From Podarcis cretensis (taxonomy: Eukaryota): DNA of 64,000 nucleotides. A model generated the notes under the pieces. That model was given only the letters and a program-made list of their open reading frames with translations, made no database searches and was not told the origin of the DNA. The position numbers were made by a program, and so were the translations under genes. The stretch covers positions 44,020,001 through 44,084,000 of the forward strand of contig OX638150.1 of NCBI GenBank assembly GCA_951804945.1, read 5' to 3'. Shown here piece by piece: positions 51,501 to 61,564 of this stretch (position 1 is the first letter of the stretch; every line of letters starts with the position of its first letter).

Positions 51501-52113
51501 CTGGAGACCTTCCTGGTGCCTGCAAGCCCCCTTCCCTCTGCTGAAATAAGGCTTCCAAAAAGTCACCTATTGTAGTTAATATAAGGCAGGGAGAGTTATC
51601 TTCCAGCTATACCTAGAGATGCTGGTGAACTGAACCTGGGACCTTCTGCATACACCTGGACTCGTTTGAAGCATCCATAATGCAAAGGCAGAGCCAGGAA
51701 TTCAAGAAAGCTGTCCTTACTAAAGCAGGTTGCTGTATTCAAGAGAGCCAGTTTGTTGCCTCCAGGATTAGCCAGTTTTAAATATACCCAAGCTAGGGCA
51801 GTTTTGCTTCATCTCAATACTTAAAAGTGGAACATTACAAATATGCTAAGACTTGGAGAAACTAACATATGCAAATAGGAAGAGGGTGCATTTGTTTACC
51901 TCTGGAAGGGGGTTAGTGTGGTGGTGAGATGGATGGTTGCAGTGCAATTGGGGGCGGGTGGGGGGCACTGCTGCATTTTCTTTCTTCCTCCTGCTAGACC
52001 CTGTAGGACCATCTGCTCCAAAGCGTGAAGACACTTTGTCAGCTCCAGCTGCAGCTGGCCCTGCACGTCGCACGTGGTGCTCTACCCTAAGAAGCCTCTA
52101 CCGAAGAAGGTAA
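39456..52113 (+). CDS. TGFBR3L: TGF-beta type III receptor-like protein (betaglycan/endoglin family), ~759 aa: signal peptide, orphan domain, vestigial ZP-N, ZP-C, TM, cytoplasmic tail; exons 39456-39540, 42503-42675, 43100-43219, 43651-43834, 44305-44464, 45029-45170, 46050-46236, 46918-47165, 47307-47486, 48200-48520, 49186-49318, 49835-49909, 50194-50304, 51169-51213, 51998-52113
   Basis: 15 exons with AG/GT borders and compatible phases sum to 2280 nt with no internal stop. Motifs align exon by exon to TGFBR3 (HPV..GCxSRG..QEVHV; LLKWARREHGGVTS; NFL; EVHII; LILILK; NLELYNTE; CFIS..CP; RLSFVLKP..FLHCRLTLC; TITKP; GIAIAAFLIG..LWFIY). The symbol comes from the position directly downstream of MAP2K7. 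Confidence 0.88.
39907..40288 (+). mobile_element. Sauria SINE with 13-bp TSD ATACTAGGGGTTT
   Basis: Homologous to the 34959 copy; ACCTTT tail; TSD at 39892-39904 and 40289-40301. Confidence 0.9.
40803..41154 (+). mobile_element. Sauria SINE
   Basis: Same head, body and (ACCTTT)n tail; short TSD-like tacagct. Confidence 0.9.
41697..41820 (+). mobile_element. Old tRNA-derived SINE fragment (a related reverse-strand copy lies at ~44730-44850)
   Basis: tcagtggttagagcacctgctttgcatg.. is a tRNA-like head without an intact cloverleaf. Confidence 0.45.
42503..42675 (+). CDS. TGFBR3L: TGFBR3L-like orphan domain exon (HPVLGFWES...GCTSRG...QEVHVISL)
   Basis: Matches betaglycan HPVQALMES..GCASRG..QEVHVLNL. 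Confidence 0.9.
43100..43219 (+). CDS. TGFBR3L: TGFBR3L-like orphan domain exon (VTLITL...PIFVLYSRKPVRWVL)
   Basis: Matches betaglycan VTLHL..VVFLLNSPHPLVWHL; phase 0-0. Confidence 0.85.
43435..43575 (-). mobile_element. MIR/CORE-like SINE fragment
   Basis: cccattttacagatggggaaattgaggct..gaacttgaacccagatctcc is typical of the CORE-SINE region. Confidence 0.55.
43651..43834 (+). CDS. TGFBR3L: TGFBR3L-like orphan domain exon (VSPGSNV...LLKWARREHGGVTSLAE..NRIY); 3' border 43834 (GT) or 43819 (GC)
   Basis: Matches betaglycan VSEGSVV..LLNWARKEYGAVTSFTE..NIYIKVG. Confidence 0.88.
44305..44464 (+). CDS. TGFBR3L: TGFBR3L-like orphan domain exon (DRIAPAACRLSRNFL...EVHIILS)
   Basis: Matches betaglycan DQVFPPKCNIGKNFL..EVHIIEL; phase 1-2. 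Confidence 0.88.
45029..45170 (+). CDS. TGFBR3L: TGFBR3L-like orphan domain exon (LILILKSEGAAEWMV..GRLHVL)
   Basis: Matches betaglycan LILILKCKKSVNWVI..GSLKII; phase 2-0. Confidence 0.88.
45312..45553. mobile_element. Tc1/mariner-type MITE with TIR CAGTGGTACCTC and TA TSD; an extra right TIR at 45611-45628
   Basis: TA|CAGTGGTACCTCGGGTTA ... TAACCTGAGGTACCACTG|TA. Confidence 0.85.
46050..46236 (+). CDS. TGFBR3L: TGFBR3L-like last orphan domain exon (ASHKV...FTSYVEAERVNRFLL)
   Basis: Matches betaglycan APNSI..ITSYTMAPVANRFHL; phase 0-1. Confidence 0.88.
46918..47165 (+). CDS. TGFBR3L: TGFBR3L-like linker plus ZP-N first strand (SILCLGDRKPILENQDTQR)
   Basis: Phase 1 acceptor and phase 0 GTGAGT donor; end resembles betaglycan SVKCDNEKMIVAVEKDSFQ. 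Confidence 0.7.
47307..47486 (+). CDS. TGFBR3L: TGFBR3L-like ZP-N last strand/IHP/ZP-C start (VSC...GNALINLELYNTE...VFVE)
   Basis: Matches betaglycan FNC..HGNITFNMELYNTD..VYVE; phase 0-0. Confidence 0.88.
48200..48520 (+). CDS. TGFBR3L: TGFBR3L-like ZP-C core exon
   Basis: FTIQKCFIS..LLVQHGCP..RLSFVLKP..FLHCRLTLC is the ZP-C signature. Confidence 0.92.
49186..49318 (+). CDS. TGFBR3L: TGFBR3L-like ZP-C end and external hydrophobic patch (CQSENEAC...RTITKPMLVT)
   Basis: Matches betaglycan CVPPDEAC..KTFTKPLAVI. Confidence 0.9.
49835..49909 (+). CDS. TGFBR3L: Probable basic stalk exon (KVPDKQQGKAPKDAAHKRKTQVVR)
   Basis: Good acceptor tttttctgcag and donor A|GTAAGT; 75 nt; symmetric phase 1-1; open frame. 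Confidence 0.6.
50194..50304 (+). CDS. TGFBR3L: TGFBR3L-like transmembrane exon (VPAVIGIAIAAFLIGICLTIGLWFIYTYT)
   Basis: Matches the betaglycan/endoglin TM [26 protein letters not shown]. Confidence 0.92.
51169..51213 (+). CDS. TGFBR3L: TGFBR3L-like juxtamembrane cytoplasmic exon (GESASGRRSQPAAET)
   Basis: Resembles betaglycan GETAGRQQVP; tag|GT..G|GTAAGG. Confidence 0.7.
51998..52113 (+). CDS. TGFBR3L: Probable last coding exon (DPVGPSAPKREDTLSAPAAAGPARRTWCSTLRSLYRRR*); may instead splice at 52109 to 53692 (ending ..RF*)
   Basis: Strong polypyrimidine acceptor; phase-compatible open frame; no homology support. Confidence 0.5.
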
Positions 52114-52275
52114 CTAGATTTCAAAAAGTTCATGGGAGGAATGAATTTGGAGAATTGGAAGGGGATTATTTATTGACTTGGATCCTTTGTGCCCCCTGCA
52201 TTTGCAGAGTTTGCCTCTGCAAATATGCAGGCTTATGCAAGTAGCGTGGTGATGTTTTGGGGTGATTTTTGTTGA

Positions 52276-53210
52276 TAATAATAATTCAATAATTTATTAT
52301 TTATACCCTGCCCATACGGCTGGGTTTTCCCAGCCACTCTGGGCTGCTTCCATCAAAATATTAAAATACAATAGTCCTTCAGATATTAAAAGCTTCCCTA
52401 AACAGGGCTGCCTTCAGATGTCTCCTAAAAGTCTGGTAGTTGTTTTTTCCTTTGACATCTGGTGGGACAGTATTCCACAGGGTGGGAGCCATTACTGAGA
52501 AGGCCCTTTGCCTGGTTCCCTGTAACTTTGCTTCTTGCAGTGAGGGAACCGCCAGAAGGCCCTCGGCGCTGGAGCTCAGTGTCTGGGCAGAATGACGGGG
52601 GTGGAGACGCTCCTTCAGGTATACTGGACCGAGACTGTTTAGGGCTTTAAAGGTCAGCACCAACATTTTGAATTGTGCTTGGAAACGTACTGGGAGCCAA
52701 TGTAGGTCTTTCAAGACTAGTGCTATGTGTTCTTGGCGGCTGCTCCCAGTCACCAGTCTAGCTGCCGCATTCTGGATTAGTTGTAGTTTCTGGGTCACCT
52801 TCAAAGGTAGCCCCATGTAGAGTGCATTGCAGTAGTCCAAGTGGGAGATAACTAGAGCATGCACCACTCTGGTGAGACAGTCTGCAGGTAGAAAGGGTCT
52901 CAGCCTGCATACCAGATGGAGCTGGTAAACAGCTACCCTGGACACAGAATTGACCTGCGCCTCCATGGACAGCTGTGAGTCCAAAATGACTCCCAGGCTG
53001 CACACCTGGTCCTTCAGGGGCACAGTTACCCCATTCAGGACCAGGGAGTCCTCCATACCTGCCCGCCCCCTGTCCCCCCAAAACAGTACTTCTGTCTTGT
53101 CAGGATTCAACCCCAATCTGTTAGCCGTCATCCAATCTCCAACCGCCTCCAGACACACTCACAGGACCTTCACTGCCTTCACTGGTTCCGATTTGAAAGA
53201 GAGATAGAGC
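52276..53210 (-). mobile_element. 5'-truncated L2-clade LINE carrying the C-terminal part of the RT ORF
   Basis: ORF 52379-53158: WMTANRLGLNPDKTEVL, SLGVILDSQLS, LDYCNALY, LQLIQNAAARL, LHWLPV; AAT-rich tail. Confidence 0.9.
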
Positions 53211-55089
53211 TTTCAGCACATTTGTTTAACTTTTAATGGATTTTTGTTGCATATTGTACTTTGTCTGTTGTCTCTGCAACTCACTTTGGGACTTGAAGCA
53301 ATACACCAGTTGAATAGATGGAATTGTTCATGGGATGCCTTCCATGTCTGTAACTGAGAGATGGAAGTCAAAACTAGTAGGGATCTTGTATTTGAAAATG
53401 GTCCTTTTCTGTTGTTCGTCTCATATTAGCATTCACAAATGAGATACTCCAGCCCAAATGGAAGGAAATTTTTTAGGGTCAGTTATAAAACCATCCCTCT
53501 ACAGGTTGAAACACTGCAACTGTTAGCTGATGAGTCTGTGGTGGTAGCACAATGATGAATATGTAAAATGTTTGCAGGACGAGAGAGGAATGGGGAGCCT
53601 GGGTCTGCAATAGGTTGGCAAGAGAGGCAGGCAAAGCAGGGCCAGTGGGGAAGTCTAGCCTGTCATCCGCACTGATTTATCTATCTTGTAGGTTCTAGGA
53701 TGTTTTTCCTGTGACCAAGCACCTGTTTCGGTGAATCCGCTTGCATTCCCCTGTACCAGCAACTCTTTCAGGCCACAACATCTTATGGCTTCAGTCCAGC
53801 AGCACAACCGATTCTGAATCAATACCTTTCGACACTGGAAAACCTCAGACTTTAAGCTTTAGCTTAAATAAGCAATTGTGTTTTCTGGCAGTTGATTTGG
53901 GTAGCTGCCTGGAGAGAGCTGTGCCTGCTTCTTCATTGAGTTTTGCTCTTCGTTTCTGCACTGCCGAGTGTGGACTAAAAGGCAAACTCAGGCTCAAATC
54001 TTCGCAGAATGTTTGCACTACTGCCTATCAGGTCTGCAGTTCCCCTCACCTTTGGGGAAGCTCTTAGCTACCATTGTGGCCTTGCAATCGCTCTTAGGCC
54101 TGCTTCAGCACTTTGGGAGAAGAAAACCATAATTGCATTTGGCTGACATTGCCACTGGTGATTTGGTTTTTGCTTCCTATCTGACTACAGTAATACCTTG
54201 TACTCTCTTTGTAGGAATGTTATGCTGTGATATAAATGCAAGTTTTCAAGCCATTGCCCAGCTTCACAAGGAAAAAAGCTGATTGCTCCACAAAAAGATT
54301 CAAATTCTGAAACCTTTTGGGTCTTTTTTTTTTTTTAGTTAACCACCTTGCAAATGATAGTTTCTCCAGTTTTATTAAACAGATGTGCAATAGAGTTGCT
54401 GAGGCACTTTCAATAGGCAGTCAAATGCCCCCATTGCCTTTAAACACCACTTGTTCCCTGCTTTTTCTACAGATGCCTGATTCAATAGGATAGATAACTG
54501 GAAAGCATGTACTTGAGAATTTGGCTGGAGACAGAGTAAACAGCCTCTAAATCTTATGTGTGATCATAAGTGTGGAGAGAAAAGGTGAATGTTGCTTTTG
54601 GTATATTTTCTTCAGCAAATACAGAAATAGCATGCAATCAATTCCACCCATAAACTGTGCTATTGTAGGGAAGGAAACGCTGTATTTTGGGCAGGGATGG
54701 TGAACATGTGATCCTGCTGGACTCCAACTCCCATCTCCTCCAGCACCGGTTACATGGACTGGGGTTGGTGGGAGTTGGAGTCCAACCTCCCTGATATTGC
54801 CAGATATTTCGCATGAGGCTTGGGAGTCTTGTGTTACTTAGGAAAGAGCCATTGCTTGTGTTGCAGAGCTTTCAGCCTGATATGCTGTTGTGTTTGTGAG
54901 TTTTGTGAATTAGGTGGATACCATGATCTAGGCCTCCACACAGCAAATGTAACCCAGAACTCCCACATGGGCAGGTAGTACAAGTCTTTTGTAGAAGAAA
55001 CTATGCGCTGGGCACCCACCCAATGCACGCAGGTGTTGTTTTCTCAGTGACTAACACCCACCATCACCACTAAAGTCGGAGACAGAATT

Positions 55090-58000
55090 ATTAAGACAGT
55101 GTAAATAGTTTATTTCGTCGTTTTTTTGAAAGTACAGATATTATTTTGTACAGCAGTATTTGTTTTAAAATGGGTGTGGGCTGAAAAGAATGGCAGTTTA
55201 TATTCTGAGGAGCAGAGAAGGGACACTGGTACATAGTTACACTAAACGCATGACTTGAGGAACAGTTGGGGACTATGGGGAGAGAAAGATTCCTTCCAAC
55301 CTGGAAAGCCCTAGCACTGCAATGTGCACATTCCCTTTGGATAGATGCAGCTGTGGGCTAGTACTGGAGCCGTGCAGAATACAGGGGCTTTCAACCACAT
55401 AGTCATTTCACACTGTTCCACAGGATGGTATAAAATTGGAGCTGGATTTTTAGCTAAAGGTGTGGCAAGTGTGTACCACTACCTCCAATGCTGCTTTATA
55501 TCAGCTGGGCAACTGCTCCCACTGGATTAGAGCAATTCTGGATTTTAAGGTGAACTTCAGAAACTACCACACAAACAGCAACAATATTTTACATTTTTTT
55601 TACACACCCAGCAGAAGTCTTTTTCTGAAACAGTGGCGACATAGGGGTAGAAGGAGGAGCATCAGACTCACTACAGAAAGCCCTAAGATAGTAACCAACC
55701 TTTAACACGTGGTGTTTGTGTAATTATGACGTCTGCTAATACTTTTCAATGCTGAAAAAGAGTGCAGTGCTCAAATAAAACTCCTCAGCTGTGCTACCTT
55801 CTTAGTTCACTGTTCCTTTCTTTTAAGGACTACTAACCTGTCTGGATGCATTGCTCCTCCTCATAGCAATGTCTGATGCAAAGTCACTCTGGTCAAGCTT
55901 AATTCTGGTACCACTAAAAGCACCCTTCCATCATAACAACATCACCATGGTTTGTGTGTGGGCATGTGTGTCGAGTCAGTGCAACAGGCCAGGTCCTAAG
56001 TGAGGTTTATTACCAGCTCCCACAGAGATCATGAATGTGTGTGTGGGTTAAATAGTTGTTGCAGATTGATGTAACATTCATTCTAAGGCAGACATGGCCA
56101 AACTTAGCCCTCCAGCTGTTTTGGGACTATAACTCCCATCATCCCTAGCTAACAGGACCAGTGGTCAGGGATGATGGGAATTTTAGTCCCAAAACAGCTG
56201 GAGGGCCAAGTTTGGCCATGCCTGTTCTAAGGGCACTGGCAATGGATCTGTGGACTCCAGCTCTGCAGCTTGCATTACACATACATAGCAGCAGCCTTAA
56301 TGTTGCAGCAGAAAAATGTGTCTTACTCTCACTCTTGCCCTAGGGCCAGACTCTCTTACTACTTTTTAAAAAAATGGCACATGTGTGTTTTATGCATACA
56401 ATTTTTCCACCATGTGGAAAAAAAATATCAAACATTAAAAAGCAACACAGCAAACCATTTCAGGGGACAATGTGTGTTGGCAATTTCACAGGTGCTAACC
56501 AAGTGGGACCCACAAGCACTAACTTGGTCCATCCATGTTCCAAACATAACCAGGCAGAGCCAGTTTCCACTTTCTCTAGGACAGAAAATGTACAATTAGG
56601 TGGATGGCAGTGCTGAAACTCTTAATTTAACTCTGCTCCTCACTGTTATTCTTTCTAGAATAACAAACTAGAATCTGGGGAGCACACACTCATTCCTTCA
56701 ATCCTCTAGTTCTGCTTTGTCTCCAGCAGGATACTGCCTTTGCAGCTTGTACACTGGGACGTAGTCTGAGAAGCCAAGTTCTGTTTAGTATAATTAACAA
56801 AGGGCCACATGATCTATTCACAAGAGTACACTCGGCCTCTCCCGCTTCTGTAGAAGGGAATGCTGTGGTGCACAAGAAGGGGATGGATGCATTCAAGGTA
56901 GAGAATAATTAGAAGTCAAGTGTCAGAGGTGGGAGAACAGAAGCAGCACTCCCAACCCCAGTCTAAACACAGCACCACGTTGTTTTCCCTCGATGATGAA
57001 GGGAAAGAGCTACTATTAAAGTGCAAATTGAACCTTGTCAATAGCTAGTAAAGATCACACACAGGCACCATCTCCAGCCTACCCGTCCCAGGAGAACAGA
57101 CTGGAGCAAGACATAACCACCTGCTCTAGGATATTGGTTTTTCTGCAATGGTGGCACCACCGTTTGCTGGTACGTAGTATAGGAATCTGTAGGCGATCAA
57201 ACACAGAAGGCCAGATTCCTGATAACCTGCTGCTGTTATAGATACAGGAGGGTCACAGAGAAGAGAAAAGGTCTGTGCAAGCTTAATTTAGGGTAGAAAT
57301 AGGTATGCAGCCCCCCCATCCTTTAAAATCCATTCACAATATTTAGTGTTATAAAAATGTAATACAAAAGTCAAAGCAAGATTGTGAGGGTGGCAAAGAG
57401 AGAAGGGGGGGGGGCAGGCGGCTTAGCATGGTCTTTCTATGCCTCTTGCAGCACAAAACCCTTGCTCCAAGACACCAACACAACGCTGCCTGAGAGGGTT
57501 TTGGGGCAGCCAGACCGAGGGGCTTCAAGTCTTCTCCTATCCTCTATGCCAAGGCAGAAGCTTGCTTTGTAGTCTGTGTGTGGATAGTATGCAGAAGACC
57601 AGCACTTCCAATATGCAAGTATCCATCACATGAGCCCCCCCAAACACACCATTACCTTTTAAGCCAATGATTACCACAAGAAATAGGAAAATCCCTTTGA
57701 GATCAATGCAGTACTTTTTTTTTTTTTTGTTAGCTTGATTTAAAGGGATTGTTTTTAATGACCTTAAGTAGATGTGCATGAGAAGTAAATCACTTCAATA
57801 TAAGCAATAAGGTTAGGGTTGTTTTTTTTAATAAAAAAAATCAGCTACATGACGTAATGTTATTCAGCTCACTGGGGATTATCCTCACCTAGCAATTAGC
57901 CAAACTCAGTGGGGAGAAACAGGCTGCATCAGCTTGAAGCAGTAGATTGAGTCCCTTGTGCTCAGTCACAAATCATAGCAAAGTGAGAATTGCCCTTGCC

Positions 58001-61000
58001 CTTAATGCTTGTCATTCTTCCATGGTACCAAGGAATCAAATTAGGCTTTCATTAAAAATAAACTACTGTTTTTAGAGCTTTACTGCATGTTATTCAAGAT
58101 AATTATTTCATCATATGGTTGTATGTTGCTCGCTCTGAGCATCAAAAGGATATAAATAAATATCCCTTGCCAGAGTGCTTGTCCCTTACTCTCCTGTTGT
58201 TGCACGGATCTAGTCTGAGAGATCAGACAACTCTGGGAGAAACCACTTATTTTGAGCACACTGTGATTTCTTTTACAGTATGGAAGGGAAAACGCAAATT
58301 TCTTCTTAAACTCTTGTGTGTTTTGCAGATAAAGCAGCAGTCAGAGTTATCAACTATGTAGCAACTTTTGGTAAAACATATTGCCCTGTTCTACAGCCAT
58401 AGTCTCGAAACCACTGCAACAGGGGTGACAGAAAGGTGAATAATTAATGTAGTATTACCAATGTCACTTCAGGGAAAGTCATGCTAGAACAAACTTAAAA
58501 GTAAGGCCTGAACATCCAAGTGAATTCCATATGCAAAACAAATCCCAAACCCTGACAAAAACAGGCCAAAGAAGCCGCTTGGATTCAATTCTAACAAAAA
58601 TATTCTCCCATTTACTCCAATGTAAATCTGAAACACTAAAGTCCACGGGGTTTTACTCCAGATTTAGAAACAGCAGCGATTAATGATCTTCCTAACATGT
58701 AGCCTTGGAGGCAGCGAGCATTCGGGTAGCACTACACAAACAAGTATCAACAACAATTGCTAGGAATTATGATGCACAAACCGGCAAACAGTTTCACAAG
58801 CCATCCAAAACTGCAAACATGTGCCCACTGCTAGCAAAAAAATGAAATCAGACTGACACAAGGAGATCAAAGCAACAGTTTGGGCTGAACTCTTGTTTGG
58901 ACCACATACTATGCTGCTGGACTGAGGGGTTGAGGGGAGACTGAAAAATGGTACAGAAAATCACAGAGATTTGGCAATACGGTGCAGCATGTATATATAG
59001 AATACATCTATTAAAATATGCAAGGTTATACCAAACTGGAGCCTTTCCCCCAGGCATATTCATATAAGTACATACATAATACTTCAGGGCCACCCAAGTG
59101 ACAGGCTGGGCCAAGTGGGTGCAGGTTTGTCCTCCTGCTTCTGCAGTGTAAATGCTGGGTTAACCTCACTAGAGGAATCCAGAGTTGGGGAGGTAAAATG
59201 ACCAACAAGGCTTGCCTGTAGCTAAGAGGCATGCAGCATAAAATTTGGGGAGAAAACCAAAGGAACTCCTCCTTCAACTATGGACCAAATATATTGCAAA
59301 TCCATGCCAAGTGAAAAATCATGGAGACCTCTTTCAGAAAGAGAGGCCCATGCATCTCATACAGAACCTTCATTAGATTTATTGTTGCAGGTTTTGGAAA
59401 TTAGGCAAAATCAAATGGAGCATAAATTTGTACAAGCTTGGTATAAGGAAACAGATGAAAAGTATGCCCATGACAACAAATGCTTCTCCTTCCCTAAAAG
59501 CAGACGCATCCCACAGTTTAGGAACTATCTGGTACTGTCCAGGGAACATTCTCTGTAACCAGGGATGTTGCCTGATGAAGCTGTCTACCTCCTCGGCAGG
59601 GTGGAAATCCTACATCTTCAGAATTCGGCATCCTTCACCGCCTCCTTCACAGACCTTCTGTGGAACCCCTCCTAACACCAGCTGGTCTCCACCTTCATTT
59701 GCAACAATGCCTTTATTCAGACACCTTGCAAGACAAAATACATTTCGCACACCAGCACGTTCTTGAGATCTCTCCGTCACCAGTGGAAAGAAAGTGTGAC
59801 ACGAGAGAGGCCTTGCTGATTTTAATCTTGGACTCTATTGTTAAGAGGGGAAGGATCCAATTATCAGGCTTCCTCCCCGTGTTGAAAACAAAGAGAAGGA
59901 CCATGAATTGCAAATACAGAGTGATTTTTGGCTGGACCAAATCAGCACCATGCTGTTTCCCAAAGCATTGCTCCACGGGTTACCTCTAGCTGGTGTGGCT
60001 ATGTCAGCACTGGCCATGGTAAGTGTTCTTGTTGAGAAATCAATGTTTCTACCCCCAACACCCCAAACAGATGTCTGCTTCTGTGGAGCAGAGCTACACA
60101 TTAGCGTGTCTGAAGGTTCACGTACGTGCAGAGGCAAGAGTGGAAGGGGCACCTAGGGTTAAGCACACACCTCCCACTTGATCTCCCCTGCAACCCTCCC
60201 ATCCCCGACCCAATAGTGTTAGGAGGCAAACAGTGAGCTTGGAGCCTCATGTTTGCTTCATATGTAGTTCCACTACAAGAGTCTGTGCATTTTCACTAAA
60301 ATAAAAAAAGATTTTTTTAAAAAAGGGCAGAACCTGATGTCCAAGCAGCCCATGTTTCTCATCTCTTTGTTTGCCAAGAAGAAAATACTCTTTAGGCAAT
60401 TCGCTCAGGTGCCAAGAAATTCAGCCACTTGCACTGGCCTTGTAAATCATGAACAGACTAAAAGTCCAATAATGGACCCTTCTTTCCTTAAAAAAACCCC
60501 TAGGGTTTGGGTGCTTTGATGGACGGCCACCCCCCCTGAAGTAAGCCAGGCATTGGTAGGAACTTTGCAAGAACCAATGTTTGAAAAGATAGCCATAAAG
60601 GTGGAATTGAGAAAGAATACTGCATCAGCTCACACAATTCCAGGCAGGGAATTCTGGAGGAACTGTCACTGACCATATGGATTAAGGCAGCGCCTAAACT
60701 CCTGTAATGGTTGCAGCAGAACAGAACTTCAGGCAAAGTGAGACACAGAAGTTACCAAGGGGAACCTTCCCTTACCACAATTAAATAGAAAAGATGTCAT
60801 ACCTTTAGCTACAAAAGCAGTTCTGGCTGCTCCTTAAAAGCCCTCAAGATAATTGAACTTAAAGCTTTATGCCAAGCCTCCTCTAAGGGAGACGGATTGG
60901 CATTGCACAGTATAAATAAATAATATACACAGAAACAAAAATAAAAGCTCTCTCTCTCGATCCAAGCCACCTCTTCAGAAGCACTCTCTCTATCCATCCT

Positions 61001-61564
61001 TCCCTGGGCTGAAAACCACAAACTAGTGTGGAGGCATCCAATCTTCTTACCTCTCTGCAGAACAGCAGGGTAGGGGATCACATATAAATAAAAGGAAGAC
61101 AGACCCCTCTCATCTCTCCAAGCACAGCAAGGAGACAGAGGTTAATTACTACTGGACTGCATTTTATAGAACCAGCGGCCTGGTTGCTTCTGCTGTCCCT
61201 TCAAAGTTCTCAAGTGTGCAAACCTTTGTGTGTAAGGAGGAAGTTTTTTTAAAAAAAGGAAAAAAAAGGTGTGGAAACGGTGGGTGGGAGATGTGAATGA
61301 GGTCAATACATGGATTTGAACTACCAGTGACAACAGAGCTGGAAAAAAAGGCAGTGCAGACAATGATCAACGGAGGTGGCCCATGTAATGCAGGCCAGCT
61401 GTAGGACTGTCCGTCCCCCATGCCATCTCGGGGGCACGGTATTTGCTGGGTAAGGGGGCCCTCCGCTCCATCTTGCGTGATCTATGACCTCCACACCCTC
61501 AGTACAGCATGGCCAGAGGGACCTGGTGCCTTCCAGACAGACTTGGGACGGCAGCCCCACTTCC
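55090..61564 (-). other. EVI5L: Probable ~6.5-kb EVI5L 3'UTR, poly(A) signal AATAAA at 55109-55114 (minus strand)
   Basis: Follows the stop codon. On the minus strand, TGTA motifs and AU-rich sequence directly precede the AATAAA. Confidence 0.55.
56089..56224. mobile_element. hAT-type palindromic MITE (136 bp) with 8-bp TSD TTCTAAGG
   Basis: Near-perfect ~57-bp inverted arms; TSD at 56081-56088 and 56225-56232. Confidence 0.9.

Noticed and set aside
39456-52113. Calling the gene TGFBR3 or ENG
   Set aside because: It is too divergent, lacks the ZP-N core, GAG sites and the conserved PDZ tail, and sits next to MAP2K7 where TGFBR3L lies. A phylogeny is still needed.
52379-53158. 259-aa ORF, the longest in the window, as a host or domesticated gene
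   Set aside because: It is the C-terminal part of an L2 LINE ORF2, 5'-truncated, without the RT catalytic core and with the LINE tail attached.
53700-61500. SNAPC2 or CTXN1 between TGFBR3L and EVI5L
   Set aside because: No ORF or exon with a recognisable sequence; the composition fits 3'UTRs.
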